From: Antedon mediterranea
Lineage: Eukaryota > Animalia > Echinodermata
NCBI RefSeq assembly: GCF_964355755.1
Contig: NC_092679.1
Location: forward strand, 21,125,432-21,189,431
DNA length: 64,000 bases
Direction of reading: 5' to 3'
Numbering within the stretch: the stretch's first letter is position 1; each line of letters starts with the position of its first letter. Below the pieces are notes generated by a model. That model did not search any database and was not told where the DNA came from. It saw nothing but the letters and a program-made list of their open reading frames with translations. Of this stretch, positions 50,101 to 60,694 are shown piece by piece. The translations under genes were made by a program, and so were the position numbers.

Positions 50101-50739
50101 ACCGAAACAGAGGCACAAGCCATGTAAGGTTAGGTTAAAGGTTATGTTATATGGTACTAGGAGGAGATACATGTAAAATTTAATTCTATGATACTGGACA
50201 TCAAATTTGATAGTGTGGACAGAGCTTTACACGCACCATGATTCTCGGTCATATCTAGATTTCTCCAGTAACTGGAGAAATCTAGATATGACCGAGAATC
50301 TGGTGCGTGTAAAGCTCTGTCCACACTATCAAACTTGATGTGACAAAAAAATGTGATGTGCCCATATATGGACATGATGATGTCATATTATCACTGGGCA
50401 TCACTACCATATTTGGGCTCATCACACTTTTTTTCACACTAGTTTGATAGTGTAGACAGAGTAAGTGGGGAATGCAAATGTTGACGAATTAATACTTTTA
50501 TTTTGATATAGGCCTAATTTCCTTTTTAAGGCTGGCCTTCTGGCATTGATAGCAAACATAATCCAATTTGGCATCAGATTCACAAATGGATTCATAGCCG
50601 ATGTTATTATTAACCGTTCATATCTCAGCGTCCGAAGTACAAGAAAGGTGTTTGTGGCAATAAGTGAGTTTAAATGATTTATATATAGGGCTTAACATTG
50701 AAGTGGAGTATCTAAGCTGTTAGGTAAATACAGTGACAT

Positions 50740-51170
50740 TGGTCTTATGATACAGCCTGTGATGTGATACCCATATGCTGTTGTATCACGGACTTGTCTG
50801 TATTGGGCCGATAGTTTGACTGCTCATCATTCATGTATTTCAAATTCAGGAAATTCTGTCAACATTTTATTTAAGATAAAATCATTTTTAACATTAAATA
50901 CAGCGTTGCATGAGGCTTTCTTATGATACAGACTGTGATATGATACCCATGTGCTGCTGTATCACGGATTTGTCTTTAATACTGGATAGATAGATAATTG
51001 GGCCGATAGTTTGACTTCTCATGTATTTCAAATTCAGGCAATTCTGTCAACACTGTATTTAAGATAAAATAATTTCAAACATTGTTAAATACAGCGTTAC
51101 ATGAGACTTTCTTGTGATACTTTACTGTGATGATACCCATGTGCTGCTGTATCACGGACTATAATACTGG
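50740..51170. repeat. About 180-bp tandem triplication in intron 7 of copy C
   Basis: GATACCCATRTGCTGYTGTATCACGGA occurs three times, against a single copy in A (about 16620-16660). Confidence 0.75.
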
Positions 51171-51334
51171 ATAAATTGCACAACTTTGCTAAACTCTCCT
51201 AAGTATATTCACTCTTCCTGTTAACATTAGTTTAAACAAATATTTCGAGCGCGACGTGTGGATGTAAAGCATTATAGGCCTACGTATTTTTTAGACCTAC
51301 TATATATTTTGTACACATTTTTAAAGTATTTTGA

Positions 51335-52165
51335 TGTAACAGGTTCGTACTACTAGCGTCGTAGCTTTATCGCGTAGTATTTTCAGGAGCTGCAGCACTG
51401 GCACAAACACAATAAAATCATCCACAGAGACAGTTCTTGGTTTGGAAAAGTTAAATTCTTTTATTGAAGCTAGTAACCAGTCGGAAGGAGATATAACAAA
51501 AACAGTGTTACTATTTAAGATAACATCAGTGATCGTATCATTAACGACAGTATAGGCTACTATTGCGTTGTGTCTAGTGTAACAATCAATTAACTAATCA
51601 ACTATATTAACTATAGTATAACATCAAATAACTAATCAACTATATTAACTATAGTAAAACAATTCTAAAATTAAGAGAGATAAAAATATAGATGCTTACC
51701 TAGTAACCAGTCGGAAGGAGATGAAAACCTTCACTTTGGGCTAGGCACTAGTAAGTGTCATCCATTCCCAGTTGGGTACTATGACAATTTTTAACCGATG
51801 GTACATACATTTACCATAACGTTATTTCGTAGTTTACAGAACGATTGTATTGTAACTCGAGTCATACACATGTAATTATCAATTTAAAGTTCGGTTATAC
51901 AAAAAAAGAAACTATTAAAAATGCAAATCAATTAACAAAATCCCTTGTCCATTTATGAACTGACCCATACTGAAACATTATACACTAAATATTCATGACC
52001 ATTTTCCCGCCACTTGGATGAGGTGACTCATCTATTTATAGCATGGTCACTTATCATTCCAGCTTTTACTTTAATGGGTCCCACAAGGTTTCTCAGATTC
52101 AAGTCAGATTCAGCAGATAAATCATTCAAGTATTTGGGTATAAGCATACCTGTTACCCTGTTACA
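51335..52165. mobile_element. Solo LTR, 831 bp (Gypsy-like)
   Basis: Termini TGTAACAGG...CCTGTTACA and 4-bp TSD TTGA (51331-51334 and 52166-52169). The empty site AAAGTATTTTGAAATAAAA is in copy A at about 16802-16820. Confidence 0.88.
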
Positions 52166-52719
52166 TTGAAATAAAACTAAAGCAAGGATTACGTAATAGC
52201 TAATAGGCCTACAAAAAACATCAATTTTAAAGAATTAGTTTTAACCAGGCTCTATCGTTTAAAGATGTCGCCAACCAGGTAGATGTTACGTGGTTGTCAC
52301 AAAACCAATCTTTTCAGAGTAATTCGCAAAAAAACTTAAAAATCACGACTTTAAGCTACTGAAAGCTAGACATTACTAAGACAAAATTATAGAAGTAGTA
52401 GGCCTACCTGTCATAAAGTTAACTTTTATTTCATCTGTTATATATATCGATACTTAACTTCAATAATCGATGTCTAATGTTTTTTCAACAGATCTCGGCG
52501 TATCATCATTTTTTTCTAATTCTCTTGAATTTTTTCGATAACAATCACGTGACAGTTACCGTTGTTCTAGTGACGATCGTGTATTCCCTATATGGATTTG
52601 ACGTCGCTGGATTATATTCGAATGCTATGGATCTCTCACCACCATTTGCTGGGCCTCTGAGGAAGTAAATAGGATTTATTAAATCTTGCCCTAAACTATG
52701 GCGCGCCAAGCGGAATAAT

Positions 52720-53772
52720 TAGGGAGTTTTCGCAATCTTACGAATACGATAACGAAAACGGATACTATCCGTTTTCGTTATCGTACGTCACGCACACGTA
52801 TTCGTTTTTCGTAAGCCAGTAGGGAGGTTTCGCAACCTTACGAATACGATAACGAAAACGGATACGTCATACATTTGTGAAACTTTTGAGCTGATCGACA
52901 TTTCATATTCGTAAAGCGTATTCGTGTTGACGAATATCACCAGTCATATTCGTAACTACAAAACGAGTCACAGTTTTTGATCTATTTTGCACATTTTGCA
53001 TTTGAATTAGGAATGATTCATGATTATAATATAATTATAGATTTATTGAAAGTAATTTACTAAAGTAATTTACTAAAATGCCAGGTCAATTTAGATAAAT
53101 AGCAGTTTTTAAAGTCCTCACTCGATTTGATGTTGATCGCCGTTACGCTAGGCCTAGGCAGCCAAGCAACACGTACCAGCGCTTCGCTCAAATTTACCGC
53201 AGTCATATTTTGGACGCGCCTCGATATTTCGTTGCCATGCGAAACAGATTTGTTTATGGCTTACGAAAACGAATACGTGTGCGTGACGTGTCCGTTTTCG
53301 TTATCGTATTCGTAAGATTGCGAAACCTCTCTAGTCAAATTCTGTTTCGCATGGCAACGAAATATTGAGGGCGCCGTCCAAAATATGACTGCGGCAAATT
53401 TGAGCGAAGCGCTGGTGGTACGTGTTGCTTGGCTGCCTAGGCCTAGCGTAACGGCGATCAACATCAAATCGAGTGAGGACTTTAAAACCTGCTATTTATC
53501 AAAATTGACCTGGCATTTTAGTAAATTACTTTAGTAAATTACTTTCAATAAATCTATAATTATATTATAATCATGAATCATTCCTAATTCAAATGCAAAA
53601 TGTGCAAAATAGATCAAAAACTATACTCGTTTTGTAGTTAGACGAATATGACTGGTGATATTCGTCAACACGAATATGCTTTACGAATATGAAATGGGGA
53701 TCAGCTCAAAAGTTCAAATGTGTGACGTATCCGTTTTCGTTATCGTATTCGTAAGGTTGCGAAAACTCCCTA
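52720..53772. mobile_element. MITE (TIR TAGGGAG.TTTCGCAA..TTACGAATACGATAACGAAAACGGA) with a second copy inserted inside it in opposite orientation (52820-53333)
   Basis: Four TIR copies (52720, 52820, about 53333, about 53772); internal sequences are reverse complements of each other; TA at the junctions. Confidence 0.85.
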
Positions 53773-55077
53773 ATGACAGCTTGGCCATACTAAACAGAAC
53801 CGGCTGTAATCCGACTTTAATCACCCTGGGCCTCTGAGGAAGTAAATAGGCTTATTACGTTCTGTAGATCCTTATACAAATATAACATATCAGTATTTAG
53901 CGGCGATAACAACTTATTGTGTTCGTCAATTACCGGTAACAGTTTAGACTCCTTAGGAATGTAATAGTTTGATCCGGTAATCACATGTAAAGGCCAATTT
54001 ACACAGACGATCGGTAACGGTAATAAAAATATAGAATACGGTATATGTTATTCCTTATGACAATTTACACACAACGCGGAGCGGACGGGCGGTATAGAAA
54101 CAATTCTACGTGGGACAAGCTATGCGGTTTTCCGCTTGCCGTTACCGCTTGTCAGTGTATATTGGCCTTTATGTCGTCAGCGGTGTGAGAATTGTGTCAT
54201 AAGAAGGTTATTTTAAGCACATTATCCCATTAAATACTTAATTAATTTAATACGGTATTCAAAGTTAAATTAACAAAATTATTTTATTACAGAACACGCT
54301 TCAGAAATGGAACGTATTTTTTGCAGTCGTTGCCGGTATTCATATATTCGGGCTTTTTATTTGGTTTATCTAGCGTTCGCACAAGGCAAAGAGCAAGAGT
54401 GGTCGAAAAACGCAAAAGTATATGATGAAGGCGAAACCTTAGCCTTAATTCGACGTGCAGAAAAACAACACAACAGCCCTGTAACAGAGTAATCAATAGT
54501 CCTATACCATTTATAAAGAAGGTTTTAAAATATATATTGAGACCTACTATTATGTTGGAAAGGATATAGAAAGGTCTGTGGAGCCGTGAAATGTGCAAAA
54601 AGTCACATTTTGTGCAAACAACCACATTTGTGTTTGTAGCCTAAGCCTATTTATTTTTACCGTGTTATTTTTCAGCGTTTTCGTTGATGAGATTACGTAG
54701 TGCATGCGTTCATATAGATCCCTTTTTAAGTATACGTATGACGCGCCATGTGTGCCAAAATATGTATTTTTAACCACTAAATCCGTCCTTATACACGCTA
54801 AAGACATACGGTAAAATAGTGATTACTAACAACCTATGTGTCCCGTATGTATAAATGCTATATATATTACCCAAATCTTGGATTTGTCTCAGCCAAAATA
54901 ACATGCATGTAAAATGTTACACAAATAAATACACAACGTAACAAACGTATCAATTTCTATAAATGCAAATTATATAATTTAATCCAATTATAAACTTTTG
55001 AATAAGTGTATACAAAACAAGATATAAAAAAAATCTGATCATAGCTGCAAAAGTATTGCAATTCGCATCAAAAGAAT

Positions 55078-55208
55078 CAACTAGATTAAAGTGAGTTAAC
55101 TAGATTAAAGTTAGTTAACGAGATTAAAGTCAGTTAACTAAATTAAAATCAGTTAACTAGATTAAAGTCAGTTAACTAGATTAAAGTCAGTTAACTAGCT
55201 TAAAGTCT
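55078..55208. repeat. 19-bp minisatellite ACTAGATTAAAGTCAGTTA; paralogous shorter array at about 18600-18670
   Basis: Directly visible in the 3' flanks of both A and C. Confidence 0.85.
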
Positions 55209-56069
55209 GAATTAAAAAATACCTATATACATCCACAAATATATACATATAAAATCGTGTAAAATAATTATAGTATATACAATAAAATACTTTTTTACAT
55301 TAAAACACATTACTTAAAAAGTAGCATTACACTTAGTAACCAAACTTACTTGACACTCCACTCCTCCCCATCAACAAACTGAAGCTGCCTTTTTACGTAC
55401 GTACGTTGACGAATATTTAAAAAAACAAGACCAACAGCCATAAGTCGCGTGCTAAAACGCATAGTGATACCGGACCGACAGACAGACCCCGACCGACCGA
55501 CATAGTGAACTATAGAGTCGCGTCCAGGCGACTAAAAACTCAGTCGATTCGCAAATTATGTAGGTTATCTCCCTACCAACTCTCCAATATCTTTTCGACG
55601 AAATTCTCATAATATATACTTATAATATTTTACAACTCACATTATACATGAGGACGGACCACCTAAATCAAACTTGTTATCGTGAATTTAAATGGCATGG
55701 ACATTGTATTGCGTCCCTCGGCAAAATGTACACAACTTTTACACCACCAAATATCGTAACTCATGATATGACGTCAAAATTACTCAGTTCAAAGTTCATG
55801 TTTTATCGGGTTTGACGTCACTAGAAATTCGACTTTCACTTGTTACACCCAGGCTCACATCAACATCGCAGAGAGATATGTACACTACTTTTATCGCAAT
55901 ACAAGAGCGTAAGAGAGGCGAAAGAAATCATGTACGGTTTACGAGGGCATATGGCCTACACCATCAGAAATGGTTACGGTGAGTAGGCCTATGGCGGTAG
56001 GTAATGCATACCGTCGTTTTTTTAAAAATTGTGTGAAGGTAAACACTGCATACTGGCGTCGTTTTTTTT

Positions 56070-59000
56070 TCACAAAGACGTGCATCGTAATTCCTCACCT
56101 GCTCTGTTATAATCAACATACTCCTTCGGTGACGTCATTCCATTATGCGACGACGTCGTTTTCCCGCCGCCGCCGTTCTGATTTATGTGTAAGTTTGGTA
56201 AAACATCTTTCGGTTGATTCGCTTTGTTTTGTACAAATTCGGGATAGGATTTTGCAAACGAATTGTCAAAATCCTCATTTGGAGAAAAATACGAGTATCT
56301 GCCTTCTCTTCCAGCTGGACTTAATTGGCTAGGGCTTAGTTGAGAAGGACTATAAGAAGCAATGTGCGCTTTTAAATGACTTGGATCCAGAGTTAAGAAC
56401 TGGTCCATCGGGGCGGGCTGATGATTATCAACCCCATATTGTCTGCTGAAAGGTGCGACGGCTGCCGTTTGTTTAGGAGAAGGACTACGTCGTGTCAGTT
56501 TATCAAAGAACCCGCTTTGTGGTCTGCTGTTGTCAAAGCTTTGATCATCGAAAGTTAGGTCAGAATCGCCAAGAATAGAATCATAGTCACTCATTTCAGA
56601 ATCACGGTATTTTAAAATTCCTGGCGGGTTGTCTGGGTCGAAATCTTTAGAAGCTGTAGGTGAGTTACATTTTGACGATGGATTTCTTTTTAGTTGGATG
56701 ACGGTCTCTCTAGTGTAGCCCATAGACCATTTGCTGTCATCGCTATCTCGGATTCGTTTTGGAAGATTACGCCGTGGTGTTTTCTTTTTTCGTGGCTTAG
56801 CAGCAGCGGGTTGCTCAGATTGACCATCTAGCGTATCTTCCTGTACGAGTGGTATTCCTGTTTGCTGCTGCTGGCTGAGCTGCTGCTGACTGAGCTGCTG
56901 CTGCTGCTGGCTGAGCTGCTGCTGACTGGGCTGCTGCTGACTGAGCTGCTGCTGACCGAGCTGCTGCTGGTTGGGCTGCTGCTGAATAAATTGCTGCTGA
57001 TATTGCACAGTATCTCCGTTTGTCTTTTGGGCCATCCCTACAGGTTGCTGGCTATATTGCTGGTGTTGCATGTCTCCATATTGTGCAGTAGGTTTGGCAT
57101 ATTGAGGCTGTTGACTATACTGAGCATTTAATTGCATGTTCCGTTGAATCTTGTGCTGTTCCTGTATCTGATGGTAACGAAGCATGGCTGCATCAGCACT
57201 GTGTCGGTTAAGTTGCTGCTGCGGCGCCGTGCTTTGCATATTGTCATGCCGCCATTTTTCGTTCATCTTAGGTGATTCTTCTAACTGAAGTATTTCCTGT
57301 GGATCGTTCACATCTTGCCAATGTTTTCGTTTATCGTACATTTTAGGCGAATCTTCAAGACCGATAATTTCCATGTCGTCTTTTGAAAATTGACTCTGGT
57401 GTCCATTTGGGTGGTGTCCATTCTGATGGTGTCCATTCTGTTGATGCCCATTCTGAAGGTGTCCATTCTGATGGTGTCCGTTTTGATACACCGGTTGTCC
57501 ATTCTGCATGGGTCCTGTTCGACCAAGTGGTTTTCGATACCCGTCGTCAAACCCGGGGTTCGATAGACCAGCGTCGGCAGTAGTAAATACGGTACTTTCT
57601 CTAGTGTTCAATGGTTCCTGGTCATCTCGTCCTGAAAATAAAAATAAAGTATGTGATTTATCAACTCGTCTGCAACAGCAATGTTGGGCGTTCTTTCAAG
57701 GGCAGCAGTGATGCTTTCAGAGAAGAAGTTCACCCTTTCTGGTTCTAATCCAGTTGTTTGTACGGTCTACAAACAAATTTCCCGTGAAACTAACGACGGT
57801 ATTTTTTAAACAATACGACCAACTAGGAGACATCTTAAAGGCAATGTATTGGGTGTACACGGTGCATTAGGTATCCTTTTAATGACGGAGCGCCGTTTTA
57901 TGTTGACAAAATTAGCACCCCGTTTTCAATAGGGTTCTACTGTAGTAGAGATGCCTTACGTGTAGGAGGCCCACCATGGCAGTACGTGCAGTGTTTTTTC
58001 TTCCCTAAACTTACGCCTTGTACTCGTACGCATACTGTTTCTTTTGAAAGAGCCTCGTACGACGGGTGCGTCTCGTCTTATTGAATTACGATTGCTCGAC
58101 TTCTGCGCCGAATGTTTTCGTTCCATAATTCTTTCGTCCAGTTTCATTTTAAGCCTCCTCAGAAAATACGCTAACATACCAAGAAGCAGGCATGCAACTA
58201 TGCAACCAATTACGATTCCAGCGATTGCACCGTTCCTGAATATGAAAATAAGGGGGAAAAGAGGGAGAGTGAGTAACTTAAAATGCACTATATGTGTAAT
58301 AATACAGTAATAAATTTTCACGATACAGTGAACAAGTGTGTTGGTGTGATCGGTTTAGAGCATATGTTTTATTTGAACAAAATTGTCGAACCAAAATTCC
58401 GTACCATTATTATATTTAATATCAATTGTTGTGTCTATCAAAATAAACTTAACATATATTCAACATGTATATCGTACGCAAAACTGCAACTTTCTTCTCC
58501 ATAGCAATTTTTATTTTACCGATAATACAATATTATCAAATATCTAAAGCATAAAGTGTGGCGTAATAATATCTCAGTTTGAAAGACTGTGAAGTGGCCT
58601 GTTGATTTAAGGCGCAGGTGGATGATGTGTTTACACCGGGCGCAACGAGTCCGTCGTTTATATTCACATAGCTGCGAGCTTTCTTCAATAGAAATGGGTA
58701 GCTCTTTGTCAATAACACTATTATGGCATAACAAATAATATGAGGCTATAAACTATTGTGAAGTCAGCTGTTGTGCTGTATGTGTAAAAAATGACATCTC
58801 GATCAACCTTTTGAGACTTCAATAGGAAGTTATTTCTTTAAAAGAAGTTATTATGGCTTAATATAGTGTAAATGCAAATAACGCAGTGATGATGATGATA
58901 TTAGGTTTTAAACTTTATGCCTTTGTAGCCCACAAAATTGCGTAAGAATTGTGATTTTGTAATCATGTCGTCATCAAAGTGTCATTAAATTTGCTCTGAG

Positions 59001-60625
59001 AATAATTATCTTCGTGTGGTATATCGTCACCAAATACAGGCGTCATTAAAACATGATGTCAAGATATGCAACAACAAAAACAGTAATGTAAGGTAGAGCT
59101 CTGTGTACACTATCAAACTTGAAAAAATGTAATGTACCCATATATGGACATGATAATAATAATAATAAATAATATATTTATACAGGATAAAACAATCAGA
59201 TAACAGTGTATCTGTTTTACATTGTGGTCCTGTCTTAATCAAAATATACAAAAGAGAAACTTAATTAAATATAATACAGTGTTTATGAAAAGAAATGAGA
59301 TTTGTATCTAGCCTTAAAGGACGTAATTGTTGGTGCCGATTTAATATTAATTGGTAAACTGTTCCATATTTTTGCGCCTGCATATCAATACCATATTTGG
59401 GCACATCACATTTTGTTGTTGTCAAACTATAAGTTAGATAGTGTAGACAGAGCTTTAGTCTTACGAAAGTCCATCTTGGGTGCTGCTTGATAATCCAGCA
59501 TACGAACAACATTGTTCGAGATTGTAATCTCCACAGCAATATTCCAAACTAGAATCTGAAGCAGGAGGGCAGTATATTGAGTCTCCTTGATTAATACAGG
59601 TAGCACCACAAACTGCAAAAAAATATCGTCATCAATATGATCGTACTGTAAATATTATTTCATCTGGAGCATATATTTTAAGACACAGATAGAATAAGAC
59701 AAACAATCACAAAATCAACTCAATTACATGGTATATACAGTAACACGGTATATAACCCACGCATGGTCAGTGTTTAGATCATGAAAGCGTTATGTTATGA
59801 CACGGTATTTAAAGATGTATTATTGTTCCCCCCCCCCCCCCAAAAAAAAAAAACATGATCACCAAAAACCGATTGGTTGGCAGCCAATTTTACCATTTGT
59901 TGGCTTTAAATTACAGTTTTTTCAGGTAAATAAATTGTTTTTAGATCAATTTTTTGGTCAAAATGGATAACTATGATGTTACATTAAACTGGCATATTCA
60001 ACAACAAAACACTTTTCAGGGGACAACACATCTTTAAATTATATGAATGATTTCATAATGAAATATATTAATTGTTTAAAATAACAATAAATAAAGTTTG
60101 CCGGTATGTGTATAAACATTTAAATATAAAGATGTATTGTTTTATTGTTTTATCAGTATGTCATTAGTCCTCGAAGAAAAATCTTCTGATGTATTGTTCT
60201 TTCCATTGTATATAGGCTTATACTATATATATATATATATTTTGAAGATGATTGGCATTTTCGTTTCTTCTTTCTTTAGTACTTGATATAAATACTGTAC
60301 AAGTAAAATATTACAGTTTGCTTTTGAATACAATATATATATATTAATTAAATTTCCTGCTTTATAAGCAACCATTCCTGCTTTGTACCCCATAGCTTTT
60401 GGAGGCGTGCCTTTATAACTATGCCTTTTGTTTGTTAACATCTTTGATTGGCTGATTTGTTTTATTATGTAATTTTGTGACTTATATATGTTATCCTTTG
60501 TTACAATTCTTTTCACCTGATGATGGGCTATGCCCGAAACATGTCGTTAAAATAAATCTATATTGAGGCAGTTTTAACTTATTTGATCTTGATTTTTTTC
60601 TATATCCTGCCTATGCAGCTCTTTG

Positions 60626-60694
<69 letters not shown>

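Larger units (their letters stand above)
44665..54492 (+). pseudogene. SLC17 sialin-like copy C, pseudogene (close paralog of A)
   Basis: Exons 44665-44898, 45326-45413, 45520-45615, 46353-46488 (+5 nt), 47426-47572, 50531-50663, 52492-52653 (+1 T; 3' part and donor lost) and 54293-54492 (+5 nt frameshift). No exon 1 found upstream. Introns and 3' flank align with A (about 11760-18840 vs 44357-55300). Confidence 0.85.

Noticed and set aside
58516-58734. Candidate extra exon of the Shisa-like gene
   Set aside because: Exons 59612-59465 and 58235-58015 already join in phase into a coherent ectodomain plus TM; this ORF has no convincing acceptor or motif.
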